A stretch of 64,000 nucleotides of DNA. Source: Bacteroidota bacterium. GTDB lineage: Bacteria > Bacteroidota > Bacteroidia > B-17B0 > Aurantibacillaceae. The stretch spans positions 8,094-72,093 of the forward strand of contig JAJONO010000004.1 of assembly GCA_021323535.1 (NCBI GenBank). The letters are read 5' to 3'. The first letter of the stretch is position 1; each line of letters opens with the position of its first letter. The translations under genes and the position numbers were made by a program. The notes below the pieces were generated by a model, which was given only the letters and a program-made list of their open reading frames with translations, was not told the DNA's origin and made no database searches. Of this stretch, positions 1 through 9,691 are shown piece by piece.

Positions 1-1
1 T

Positions 2-1027
2 AGTGGCGCCAAAACCATGAAGCCTCGCTGGCAAAGAACCCAGGCTTTAATGGACAGGATGATCGGAGATATTGTATCGCGTGAATTTGTAAAACAGCAT
101 TTCACTCCGGAAGCAAAAGCAAAAGTGAATAAACTCATCGACAATCTTGTTCTTGCTTACCGCGACAGGATTGCTACAAGAACCTGGATGAGCGATGAAA
201 CAAAAAAACAAGCCAATCGTAAGCTCGATCTTCTGATCAGAAAAATTGGTTATCCCGATAAATGGAAAGATTATTCGAAAATGACCATCAGGCAAAATAA
301 CACATGGGAAAATGTCGCTACTGCTAACCAATGGGCAACCATCGATAATCTTTCTGAATTAAAGAAACCAGCTAACCGCGATGCCTGGCAAATGACCGCT
401 GTAACCGTGAATGCTTATTACAATCCAACCACCAATGAAATTACTTTTCCTGCCGCTATTATGCAACCGCCGTTTTTTGACCCCGCTGCCGAAGATGCCG
501 CCAATTACGGGACCATGGGTGCTATTATTGGCCATGAATTAACCCACGGTTTCGATGATCAGGGGGCGCAGTTTGACGCAGACGGTAACATGAAAATGTG
601 GTGGACCAAAGAAGATTACAATAATTTCAAAGGAAAAACGCAAATGATCGTGAATCAATTTAACAGTTATGTTGCTATTGATAGCATGCACGTGAACGGA
701 AGCATGACACAGGGCGAAAACATTGCCGACCTGGGTGGTTTAACTATGGCCTATTATGCATACAAGAAATCTTTAAACGGAAAACCTTCGCCGAAATATA
801 ATGGCTTAACAGGTGAGCAACGCTTCTTCATTGCATGGGCGCAAGGATGGAAACAAGTGACCCGCGACGCCGAATTAAAAAGATTGTTAACCATCGATTA
901 CCATTCGCCCGCTTATTTCAGAGCGTATGCCCCTTTAAGCAATATGAAAGAATTTTATGATACCTTTGGGGTAAAAGAAGGCGACAAAATGTTTACGCCT
1001 GAAAGTAAACGCGTAGAAATCTGGTAA
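2..1027 (+). CDS. M13 family zinc metallopeptidase (neprilysin/PepO-like), C-terminal ~340 aa; 5' end lies outside the window
   Basis: Frame is open from the window edge. HELTHGFD (HExxH) zinc site, NAYYNP and GENIADLGG motifs, and a C-terminal ...VEIW typical of M13. Confidence 0.9.
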   Translation, partial: SGAKTMKPRWQRTQALMDRMIGDIVSREFVKQHFTPEAKAKVNKLIDNLVLAYRDRIATRTWMSDETKKQANRKLDLLIRKIGYPDKWKDYSKMTIRQNNTWENVATANQWATIDNLSELKKPANRDAWQMTAVTVNAYYNPTTNEITFPAAIMQPPFFDPAAEDAANYGTMGAIIGHELTHGFDDQGAQFDADGNMKMWWTKEDYNNFKGKTQMIVNQFNSYVAIDSMHVNGSMTQGENIADLGGLTMAYYAYKKSLNGKPSPKYNGLTGEQRFFIAWAQGWKQVTRDAELKRLLTIDYHSPAYFRAYAPLSNMKEFYDTFGVKEGDKMFTPESKRVEIW

Positions 1028-2514
1028 TGTTCAATAATTCGAATACAACAAAACAAAATATCACACACAGGAAAGGGATGCATTCGTTCATCCCTTTTCT
1101 TATTTCTGTAATTACAGTCTTTAATACTCAGGCACAAATCTCAAAGGTGCAGGATGAATGGAAGACTGACAAGGACCTGAAAAGCGCAACCTTGGCGTTT
1201 TGCGTGTTGGATGCAAAAACATCTGAAGTGATTGCAGAACATAATGCCCACACGTTTATGATTCCTGCAAGTACACTGAAAGTTGTAACAACCGCTGCAG
1301 GGCTTGGAATCCTTGGAAGCGGTTACCGTTTTGAAACCAAAATCTGTCACACCGGAACATTCGACAAGACAACAGGAATTATCAATGGCGATCTGATCAT
1401 TTACGGTCATGGTGATCCTACTTTACAATCCGAAAATTTTGTAAGTTCCAAAGACACATCCCAGATCACCGATCGCTGGGCCAATGTTTTGAAAGCAAAA
1501 GGTGTGAAAGAAATTAAAGGGAAGATCATTGGCGATGCTTCGTATTTTGACCGCATCATTCCCGGGAACTGGATATGGGCCGACATCAGCAATTATTTTG
1601 GCGTGGCTCCATGCGCGCTTTCGTACAACGACAATAAATTCAAAGTTGTTTTCTGTACCAAAGAAGCTGGTTGTAAAGCTGATATTTTAAAAACATATCC
1701 TTCATACATCAATAATACCATCACTATTAATTCAAGTGTGATAGCGAAAGGAACCGAAGACGACGCTTTTGTTTATGGAGATCCTTTTTCGTTCACTAAA
1801 GATGTAAGTGGGAAAATTCCGCCTAACAAAAAAGATTTTGAAGTAGAAGCCGCTCTCCCCGACCCTGCCCTGCTTTGCGCGGAAATGCTTTACAAATCAA
1901 TGATAGGAGTTGGCATTAAATGTGTTCCTAACTCCGCCATTTCCAATTACAAAAGAGCCGATAGTACTTCGGCTGCAAGAACAACCATCTATTCACATTA
2001 CTCGCCATCACTCGAAAAAATTGTATTCTTCACCAATTTAAAAAGTAACAATCTATATTGCGAAACCATTTTAAGAGCCATTGGAAAAGGCAGTATGTAT
2101 CTTGGTATTGATGCGGTAAAAAATTACTGGCAGAAACAGGGTCTTGATGTAAGTGAATTGTTCATGAGTGATGGCAGCGGTTTATCACGCTCCAATACGG
2201 TTAGTACTTATTTTCAAGCCAGCCTCCTCAGTAAGATCTACCGTGACAGCTCATATTATAAAACCTTCAACAATTCGCTTCCTATAGCAGGAAAAAGCGG
2301 AAGCATGAGCAATGTTGGGAAAGGAAAAAGTATTGAGAATAACATGCGCGCCAAAACAGGTTACATTAACCGGGCCCGTGGCTACTGCGGTTATGTAAAA
2401 GGAAAATCGGGGAAGGAAATGTCATTTTCAGTACTCTTTAACAACTATAACTGCAGCGCTAAGGAAGCAAAAAATAAGATCGAAAAATTTTTAGTTGAAT
2501 TAGGCGAATTGTAA
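1027..2514 (+). CDS. dacB: D-alanyl-D-alanine carboxypeptidase/endopeptidase, PBP4 family (peptidase S13)
   Basis: SxxK (PASTLK), DGSGLSRSN (SxN) and KTGY boxes in PBP4 order. Start overlaps the upstream stop (TAATG). An internal Met at 1078 precedes a signal-like segment and is an alternative start. Confidence 0.85.
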   Translation: MFNNSNTTKQNITHRKGMHSFIPFLISVITVFNTQAQISKVQDEWKTDKDLKSATLAFCVLDAKTSEVIAEHNAHTFMIPASTLKVVTTAAGLGILGSGYRFETKICHTGTFDKTTGIINGDLIIYGHGDPTLQSENFVSSKDTSQITDRWANVLKAKGVKEIKGKIIGDASYFDRIIPGNWIWADISNYFGVAPCALSYNDNKFKVVFCTKEAGCKADILKTYPSYINNTITINSSVIAKGTEDDAFVYGDPFSFTKDVSGKIPPNKKDFEVEAALPDPALLCAEMLYKSMIGVGIKCVPNSAISNYKRADSTSAARTTIYSHYSPSLEKIVFFTNLKSNNLYCETILRAIGKGSMYLGIDAVKNYWQKQGLDVSELFMSDGSGLSRSNTVSTYFQASLLSKIYRDSSYYKTFNNSLPIAGKSGSMSNVGKGKSIENNMRAKTGYINRARGYCGYVKGKSGKEMSFSVLFNNYNCSAKEAKNKIEKFLVELGEL

Positions 2515-2525
2515 TTTTACATTGT

Positions 2526-3863
2526 ATGAGCTACCTGATAAAAAACGCCACGTTAGTAAATGAAGGAGAAATTGGCAACTATGATGTGCTGATCGAAAAC
2601 GGAATTATTTCAAAGATTGAAAGGGACATTGAAACACCTAAAAACTACACCGAAATAAACGCGGAGGGGCGACATCTTATTCCCGGTGCTATAGACGACC
2701 AGGTGCATTTCCGTGAACCAGGATTAACCCACAAGGGCGAAATTTATACCGAAGCAAAATCTGCAGTAGCAGGAGGCGTAACGTCTTACATGGAAATGCC
2801 GAATACCAATCCACAGAGTGTTACTTTAACAGAACTTGATAAAAAATACAAACGCGCGGCAGAATGTTCATTGGCAAATTATTCATTTTACATGGGGGGC
2901 ACCAATGTAAATCTTGAAGAAACACTGAAGGTGGATTATTCAACGGTTTGCGGATTAAAATTATTTATGGGTTCTTCTACAGGCGATATGCTTGTGGATA
3001 ATGAAAAAACGCTGGAAGGATTTTTCTCGAAGATCAATACTTTGATCGCGACGCATTGCGAATTCGATCCCCTGATAAAAGAAAACCAGAAACGTATTGT
3101 AGAAGAATACGGCGAAGATCTCCCTGCTTATTTCCATCCTATCATCCGTAACGAAGAAGCCTGTTATAAATCTTCGTCCATGGCTGTTGCACTCGCAAAA
3201 AAACACGGAACACGTCTTCACATTCTTCACATTTCAACCGCGAAAGAATTAAGTCTCTTCACCAACAAAATTCCTTTAAAGGATAAACTTATTACAGCCG
3301 AAGCCTGTATTCATCACATGTGGTTCAGCGACGAGGATTATAAAACAAAAGGTAACTTCATCAAATGGAACCCCGCTGTAAAAACCGGGTACGATCGCGA
3401 TAAAATTTTTGAAGCTGTTCTAAATGATACCATCGATGTAGTGGCTACAGATCATGCGCCCCATACCATAGAAGAAAAAAACGCTAAATATCTACAGGCT
3501 CCGAGCGGTGGGCCTCTGGTTCAGCACAGCGTTTTGGCGATGCTTGATTTTTATCACGCTAAAAAAATATCGCTTCAGCATATTGTTAAGAAAATGAGTC
3601 ACGATGTAGCCGATCTTTTCAGAATAGAAAAACGAGGTTATATTCGTGAAGGTTATGCGGCGGATTTAGTACTGGTGAATTTAAACTCCCCTACAACCGT
3701 GACCAAAGAAAATATTCTCTACAAATGTAAATGGAGCCCGTTCGAAGGACACACCTTCAAAAGCAGCATTGAAAAAACTTTTGTGAATGGTCATCTTGTT
3801 TTCGATAAAGGAAAATTTGATGAATCGAAATACGGACAACGATTAACCTTTAACCGCAGATAA
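2526..3863 (+). CDS. Dihydroorotase-like cyclic amidohydrolase
   Basis: Amidohydrolase-fold motifs DDQVHFREPG, GLKLFMGSS, ATHCE, HILHIS, VATDHAPH; 445 aa. Confidence 0.8.
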   Translation: MSYLIKNATLVNEGEIGNYDVLIENGIISKIERDIETPKNYTEINAEGRHLIPGAIDDQVHFREPGLTHKGEIYTEAKSAVAGGVTSYMEMPNTNPQSVTLTELDKKYKRAAECSLANYSFYMGGTNVNLEETLKVDYSTVCGLKLFMGSSTGDMLVDNEKTLEGFFSKINTLIATHCEFDPLIKENQKRIVEEYGEDLPAYFHPIIRNEEACYKSSSMAVALAKKHGTRLHILHISTAKELSLFTNKIPLKDKLITAEACIHHMWFSDEDYKTKGNFIKWNPAVKTGYDRDKIFEAVLNDTIDVVATDHAPHTIEEKNAKYLQAPSGGPLVQHSVLAMLDFYHAKKISLQHIVKKMSHDVADLFRIEKRGYIREGYAADLVLVNLNSPTTVTKENILYKCKWSPFEGHTFKSSIEKTFVNGHLVFDKGKFDESKYGQRLTFNRR

Positions 3864-4651
3864 TGGATTCATATAAATTAAACGTATTGCTTGGAAAAGT
3901 AATTTCAACGGCGAAGGATACAGGAAGCTGGATTCTTACGGAACGTGAAAATTTCTCGGCCGATAAAGTGGAGATAAAAGGCTTAAACGATCTTGTAAGT
4001 TACGTTGACAAAGGCGCTGAACAAAGAATTGTTACGGAGCTCACCAATCATTTCCCTGCCAATTTTATTGCCGAGGAAAATACGCAATCCGGAGGAACGC
4101 ACGAATACACATGGATCGTTGATCCACTCGATGGCACAACCAATTTCGTTCATAATATTCCGTGTTATTGTATCAGCATCGCGCTCCAATGGAAAAATGA
4201 AATTATTCTTGGCGTAGTTTACGAAGTAAATCGTGACGAATGCTTTCACGCGTTAAAAGATGCTGGAAGTTATCTTAACTTTCAATCCATACGGGTTTCT
4301 CAAAGTAAAAAATTAAGTGATAGTTTAATTGCTACAGGATTTCCGATCTACAATTTTGACCGCATTGAACCTTATTTCAAAACGCTGGAAAAATGCATGA
4401 GAAATACACATGGTGTCCGTAGAATAGGTTCTGCCGCGGCAGATCTGTGTTATCTTGCATGTGGAAGAGTGGATGGCTTTTTTGAATACAATTTAAACCC
4501 ATGGGACGTGGCGGCTGGCGCTCTTATTGTGAGAGAAGCCGGCGGTTATGTCAGTGATTTTAAAGGCGGCGATAACTGGTTATTCGGAAAAGAACTATTT
4601 GCCACGAATGGAAAGATTACGGAAGAATTCAGGCAGTTGATGCAGTTCTGA
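3863..4651 (+). CDS. Inositol monophosphatase family protein (SuhB-like)
   Basis: WIVDPLDGTTNF and WDVAAG motifs; start overlaps the upstream stop (TAATG). Confidence 0.9.
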   Translation: MDSYKLNVLLGKVISTAKDTGSWILTERENFSADKVEIKGLNDLVSYVDKGAEQRIVTELTNHFPANFIAEENTQSGGTHEYTWIVDPLDGTTNFVHNIPCYCISIALQWKNEIILGVVYEVNRDECFHALKDAGSYLNFQSIRVSQSKKLSDSLIATGFPIYNFDRIEPYFKTLEKCMRNTHGVRRIGSAAADLCYLACGRVDGFFEYNLNPWDVAAGALIVREAGGYVSDFKGGDNWLFGKELFATNGKITEEFRQLMQF

Positions 4652-4696
4652 TATCACATCATTATGTTCGAAGTGTATTTATTCTTCCTGGTTTAG

Positions 4697-4710
4697 TTTA
4701 AACCACATAG
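4697..4710. repeat. Word-repeat family member (TTTAAACCACATAG)
   Basis: Exact reverse complement of 11841-11854 (CTATGTGGTTTAAA); intergenic between convergent genes. Confidence 0.6.
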
Positions 4711-4827
4711 TCATATAGTTTTAAAAGTATTTTTGTGAATTCCTGAATTGCAGGAGTTATTCATAGCACATTTATCCTTCGGATAAATTCAGGTAGAATC
4801 AGTGCCATATGAGGTTATTTTTTTTAT

Positions 4828-6942
4828 TTAAATCTTAATGCCGATTATACAAACGTCATCTACCTGTTCAAGTTTACCTTTCCAGTCTTCAAAAGTGCTG
4901 AGCAATTCCTGTTTTTGTTCGTTCATTGGCAAACCTGCAATGTCACAGAATTTTTCTTCCAGCGGTTTATATTTGAACTTCTTTCCTTTTGCTCCTCCAA
5001 ACTGATCGGCATATCCATCTGTCATAAGAAAAACAGAATCTCCTTTTTCAAGATTCACTTCATAAAGATTAAAACCTTGTTGATCGTTGGGTGATTTGCC
5101 TACAGGCATTTTATCTGCTTTATACGTTGTAAGTTCACCTTTTCTTACAATATAAAGATTGTTGTTAGCAGCTGCATATCTCAGCTTAAATGAATCAAGA
5201 TCAAATTCTGCAAGAATGCAATCCATTCCATCCTTACTTTCTTCATTGGAACCTTCAGGATTTAATGCTTTAATAATCGAAGTACGCGCTTCATTAAGAA
5301 TTTTCTCAGGTGAATTTATCTTTCGCTCGCTTATTATTTCATTCAGGATTGAAACATTAAGCATACTCATAAAAGCTCCAGGGACGCCATGTCCTGTACA
5401 ATCTGCCACAACCAAATACAGGCGGTTCTGCTGATAGGTTGACCAGTAAAAATCACCGGCAACAATATCTTTGGGTTTATATAAAATAAAAAAATCTGAA
5501 ATATATTTCTTCAGGTACGATTCCGAAGTAAGTAAAGCATTCTGAATTCTTGAAGCGTACTTAATGCTATCCAGGATCTCTTTTTGTTTCTCCTCGATCA
5601 GGTGTTTTTGCTCTTCAATCTGATGATGCGATTGCTCAATGATATATTTCTGCTTTCTTGTAATGCTAAGTGATCGTAAAATAATGATCGCAACAATAAT
5701 TACGAGTAACAAGCCCACGCTCACTGAAATTATAATCGCGTTTTTTCTTTTTTGATCCACAACATTTATCGCTTCCTGCGAATCTTTTTCAGCATTCAAT
5801 AGTTTTATCTGTTGTTCTTTTTTATCACTCTCATACCGTGTTTGCATTTCATTGAGTTTCTCCTGGTTTTCCGTATTGAAGATCTCATCCTTTAGTCTTG
5901 TATGTTTCCTGTGATTAAGAAAAGCGCTTTTAAAATCCCCACTGGCAGAGTCACAAAGTGCAATGGAGAGGTATGAATCCAGGATGTCAGGTTTAGAATT
6001 CATTTCTTCCGCCAGATGAACCGATTTAAGAAATGCTTCCTTCGCCGGAGGTATTTTTCCCTGTGAAAGATAAATGTCCCCGATAATATCATAAGTATCT
6101 GCGATTAATAATTTATTCCCCATTTCAATTCTTATTTGCAAAGCTTTTTGCGCGTATTCTATAGCCTTGTCAAATTTTTTCTGCTCATTGTAATTCAGCG
6201 CTATGGTATTGTAAAGATCGCTCATGCCTTTCTTGCTCTTGAGGTCCTCGGCTATTTTTAATCCCTTAAAATACCATTGAAGCGATTCGTCAAGCTTATT
6301 CATGTATTCATAAATGAGCCCGATCGTATTATAAGAAATAACAAGTCCCCTCCTGTCATTGATATCTTCGCGCAAGGTGGCCGCTTTTTTACTCATCTCA
6401 AGGGATTTTTCATAATCTCCCTTATCAAAATGAATGTTTGCAATATTACCGTAGGATGTAGCGATGCCCTTTTTATTGCCCATAAGTTCATTTATTCTTA
6501 ATCCTTTAAAATAAAAATCAAGGGCCTTTTCGGGTTCGCCTTTGGTTCTATTGATAATACCAAGATTAGTATAGCAGCTTGCCATGCCATCCCTGTAATT
6601 AATATCAATGGCAATTCCGAGAGCTTTTGTATAATCAGCCAGGGCCCCCTCCAGATCATTAGTATATTGTTTTACTGTTCCCCTGGTATTTAACGCCGAT
6701 ACAATTCCGGATTTAAATCCTGACTTCATTGCCAGGTTTAATGAAATTTCTGCTATAGAATCGGCTTTTTTGTATTCGGTTGTATTGAGATACATCTGTG
6801 CAAGCACCACACCGGTCTTTATCCGCTCCGTATCAACAGACAATGTATTTAACCGCAGTTTTACAGAATCAATGATTCGTGTTTGTGAAACCGAAATAAA
6901 TGTGCAGAATAAAAATAATGTCAGGACAGGCAATCTTTTCAT
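4828..6942 (-). CDS. TPR-repeat sensor with one transmembrane helix, coiled coil and C-terminal PP2C/SpoIIE-type serine phosphatase domain
   Basis: Signal-like MKRLPVLTLFLFC... after the Met at 6942 (the ORF extends to 6987). About 8 TPR units, TM helix AIIISVSVGLLLVIIVAIIIL, then SpoIIE-like GDFYW...VADCTGHGVPGAF...TDGYADQFGG. Confidence 0.85.
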   Translation of the reverse strand: MKRLPVLTLFLFCTFISVSQTRIIDSVKLRLNTLSVDTERIKTGVVLAQMYLNTTEYKKADSIAEISLNLAMKSGFKSGIVSALNTRGTVKQYTNDLEGALADYTKALGIAIDINYRDGMASCYTNLGIINRTKGEPEKALDFYFKGLRINELMGNKKGIATSYGNIANIHFDKGDYEKSLEMSKKAATLREDINDRRGLVISYNTIGLIYEYMNKLDESLQWYFKGLKIAEDLKSKKGMSDLYNTIALNYNEQKKFDKAIEYAQKALQIRIEMGNKLLIADTYDIIGDIYLSQGKIPPAKEAFLKSVHLAEEMNSKPDILDSYLSIALCDSASGDFKSAFLNHRKHTRLKDEIFNTENQEKLNEMQTRYESDKKEQQIKLLNAEKDSQEAINVVDQKRKNAIIISVSVGLLLVIIVAIIILRSLSITRKQKYIIEQSHHQIEEQKHLIEEKQKEILDSIKYASRIQNALLTSESYLKKYISDFFILYKPKDIVAGDFYWSTYQQNRLYLVVADCTGHGVPGAFMSMLNVSILNEIISERKINSPEKILNEARTSIIKALNPEGSNEESKDGMDCILAEFDLDSFKLRYAAANNNLYIVRKGELTTYKADKMPVGKSPNDQQGFNLYEVNLEKGDSVFLMTDGYADQFGGAKGKKFKYKPLEEKFCDIAGLPMNEQKQELLSTFEDWKGKLEQVDDVCIIGIKI

Positions 6943-7149
6943 ACAATTTGGGGGACAAGAAGTAAAATTAACGGAATATTGGTCCAAAACAAATTGAAAA
7001 CCATAAATCCATTTACGTTCCTAAATCGTATGGCTAAACTATAAAGTGTTTAAATTCTATTCAAAACCTTATTTTTTTACCAGTTACAGGCTTAAAGTTT
7101 TTTGTAAGTTTATAAAGTTATAATCGTCTATTTAAAAACACCCATAAAG

Positions 7150-7878
7150 ATGTATATCCTGGTTTTCTTTTTGTCTCATTGGTTCCTTTCGCTTTTCTGC
7201 CAGACTTTCTTTCTGCACCGTTATGCTTCCCACAAAATGTTCAGCATGAATAAATACTGGGAACGATTTTTTTATCTTTTTACATTCATCGCGCAAGGCT
7301 CTTCGTTCTTAAACCCTCGTGCTTACGCCATTCTTCACCGGATGCACCATGCTTACAGCGATACGGAAAAAGATCCTCATTCGCCGCATTTCTTCAAAGA
7401 CGTGTGGCACATGACGATGCACACAAAAGACATTTATCTAAACTACGCCAAATATAATATCCAGCCAGAAAAAACCTTTCAGGGAAATTACCCGGAATGG
7501 AAATTTATGGACAGGCTCAGCGACATGTGGGGTGTTCGAATTCTATTTGGCATTCTGTACTTTCTCTTCTATTTAAAATTTGCTCCATCATACTGGTTGC
7601 TCCTTCTTTTACCAATACATTTTTTCATGGGGCCTGTTCATGGGGCCATTGTGAACTGGTGCGGACATAAATACGGTTATTCCAATTACGACAACGAAGA
7701 TCATAGTAAGAATTCATTGCCGCTTGATTTTTTACTGATGGGCGAACTCATGCAAAACAATCATCATAAGAGCCCGAACAATCCTAATTTCGCTAAAAAA
7801 TGGTTCGAGTTCGATCCTACTTATCCATTAATGCGCCTCTTTAATTTTGTCGGTGTAATCAAATTACGAAAAACATAA
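7150..7878 (+). CDS. Membrane fatty-acid (acyl-lipid/acyl-CoA) desaturase family protein
   Basis: Three histidine boxes ([22 protein letters not shown]) and hydrophobic segments. Confidence 0.8.
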   Translation: MYILVFFLSHWFLSLFCQTFFLHRYASHKMFSMNKYWERFFYLFTFIAQGSSFLNPRAYAILHRMHHAYSDTEKDPHSPHFFKDVWHMTMHTKDIYLNYAKYNIQPEKTFQGNYPEWKFMDRLSDMWGVRILFGILYFLFYLKFAPSYWLLLLLPIHFFMGPVHGAIVNWCGHKYGYSNYDNEDHSKNSLPLDFLLMGELMQNNHHKSPNNPNFAKKWFEFDPTYPLMRLFNFVGVIKLRKT

Positions 7879-7879
7879 T

Positions 7880-8659
7880 ATGAGCCCATACCTTTTAATT
7901 CCCCTTGTAAGTTTTGCAGCAGTGTCGGTGATTATGACGGTCATTTATCTCTGGGCATTGAAAATAAAAAATAACGGTATCGTTGATATTTTCTGGGCCT
8001 TCAACTTCCTGGTAATTGCAGTCATCACCTGGCTTATGGCCGATGGTTATGAGCAAAGAAAAAACGTAGTGTTTATTCTTGCAGGTTTGTGGTCACTCCG
8101 TCTTGGAACCTATTTGTTAATTCGCGTTGGCGGTCACCTCAAAGAAGAAGAAGGTCGCTACAAAGCTTTGCGCGCCGAATGGAGCAACGCTAAATTTTTT
8201 GGCTTCTACCAGATGCAGGCTTTATCGAATGTATTTTTATCCATTCCTTTTTTTGTGACATCACTCAACAAAAATCCTGAGATGAACATTGTTGAATACA
8301 TTGGCGCGGGACTGTGGCTCATTTCCATTATTGGCGAAGGCGTTTCGGATTACCAGTTGGCGAAATTCAAAAAAAACCCTGCAAACAAAGGTAAAGTATG
8401 TGAGTACGGACTGTGGAACTATTCCCGTCACCCGAATTATTTTTTCCAGTTAATGATCTGGATAAGCGTGAGCGTGTTTTCAATAACAAGTCCTTATGGC
8501 TGGCTGAGTTTACTTTGTCCGTTAAGCATTGGCTTTTTAATTTTTAAAGTCACAGGAATTCCAATGACGGAAGAACAGGCTGTAAGAAGTAAAGGTGATT
8601 TATACAGGGAATACCAGAGAACAACCAGCGCTTTTGTTCCGTGGTTCAGGAAAAAATAA
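7880..8659 (+). CDS. DUF1295 family membrane protein (steroid-reductase/ICMT-like fold)
   Basis: Multi-TM protein with the YSRHPNYFFQ motif; 1-nt gap from the desaturase gene. Confidence 0.75.
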   Translation: MSPYLLIPLVSFAAVSVIMTVIYLWALKIKNNGIVDIFWAFNFLVIAVITWLMADGYEQRKNVVFILAGLWSLRLGTYLLIRVGGHLKEEEGRYKALRAEWSNAKFFGFYQMQALSNVFLSIPFFVTSLNKNPEMNIVEYIGAGLWLISIIGEGVSDYQLAKFKKNPANKGKVCEYGLWNYSRHPNYFFQLMIWISVSVFSITSPYGWLSLLCPLSIGFLIFKVTGIPMTEEQAVRSKGDLYREYQRTTSAFVPWFRKK

Positions 8660-8662
8660 ATT

Positions 8663-9691
8663 ATGTGGTACAATTCACTTCTTGAAAAGAATTTAGTTCC
8701 GGATTTCCTGATAAGAACCGGAATAAGAAAATTATTGAAACAACGCCTAAATGACGAAAAAAAAACCACTCCTGAATTACAGAAACACCATTTGCTTTCT
8801 CTTGTCGAAGAATTAAAAAAATCACCCATAGCAGTTCACACCAAAGATGCTAACGAACAGCATTATGAGGTGCCAACAGAATTTTATAAATATTGTCTCG
8901 GAAAACATTTAAAGTACAGTAGTGGATTCTGGAAGAACGGTGTTCATGATATTGATACTTCCGAGAAAGATATGCTCGAACTTACCTGTGAAAGGGCCCG
9001 GCTTGCGAACGGACAAGAAGTTCTGGAGCTAGGTTGTGGTTGGGGAAGTTTATCTCTGTTTATGTCGGCTAAATTTCCAAAGAGTAATTTTACGGTTGTT
9101 TCCAATTCCAGAACACAAAAAGTCTACATTGATGAACAGGCCAAAGAAAGAGGAATAACCAATCTTACAGTCATTACCTGCGATATCAATGAATTTACGA
9201 TAGATAAAAAATTTGATCGTGTTGTTAGCGTCGAGATGTTTGAACATTTAAGAAATTACGAAGTTCTCTTTAAGAAAATTGCTTCATTCCTTAAAGATGA
9301 TGGAAAAATGTTCGTTCATATTTTTACTCACAAAGAATACGCGTATAAATTTGAAGTAAAAGACGAAAGCGACTGGATGAGTAAGTACTTTTTCACAGGC
9401 GGGATCATGCCCAGTAACGATCTGTTCTCCTACTTCAATAATGATCTTGTAATTAAAGATCAATGGATCGTGAATGGAATGCATTACAGTAAAACATCTG
9501 AAGCCTGGCTCGGGAACATGACTTCGAATAAAAGCAGGATCATGACTCTTTTCGAAAAAACGTATGGGAAAGAAAACGCGTTGAAGTGGTGGGTTTACTG
9601 GAGAATATTTTACATGGCATGTGCCGAGTTGTGGGGATATAACAAGGGAGAGGAATGGATGGTTTGTCATTATTTGTTTACCAAAAAATAA
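8663..9691 (+). CDS. Cyclopropane-fatty-acyl-phospholipid synthase family SAM-dependent methyltransferase (paralogue 1, short form)
   Basis: SAM motif VLELGCGWGSL, VVSVEMFEH, and a CMAS-like C-terminus. Confidence 0.85.
   Translation: MWYNSLLEKNLVPDFLIRTGIRKLLKQRLNDEKKTTPELQKHHLLSLVEELKKSPIAVHTKDANEQHYEVPTEFYKYCLGKHLKYSSGFWKNGVHDIDTSEKDMLELTCERARLANGQEVLELGCGWGSLSLFMSAKFPKSNFTVVSNSRTQKVYIDEQAKERGITNLTVITCDINEFTIDKKFDRVVSVEMFEHLRNYEVLFKKIASFLKDDGKMFVHIFTHKEYAYKFEVKDESDWMSKYFFTGGIMPSNDLFSYFNNDLVIKDQWIVNGMHYSKTSEAWLGNMTSNKSRIMTLFEKTYGKENALKWWVYWRIFYMACAELWGYNKGEEWMVCHYLFTKK

Noticed and set aside
4742-4793. Nested hairpin (CCTGAATT...AATTCAGG around TTTATCC-ttc-GGATAAA) between convergent genes
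   Set aside because: It is probably just a convergent terminator. The stems are short and AT-rich with no clear T-run, so it was not annotated as a feature.
7802-7818. tRNA T-arm-like string GGTTCGAGTTCGATCCT
   Set aside because: It lies inside the desaturase CDS. No acceptor, D or anticodon stems can be drawn around it.
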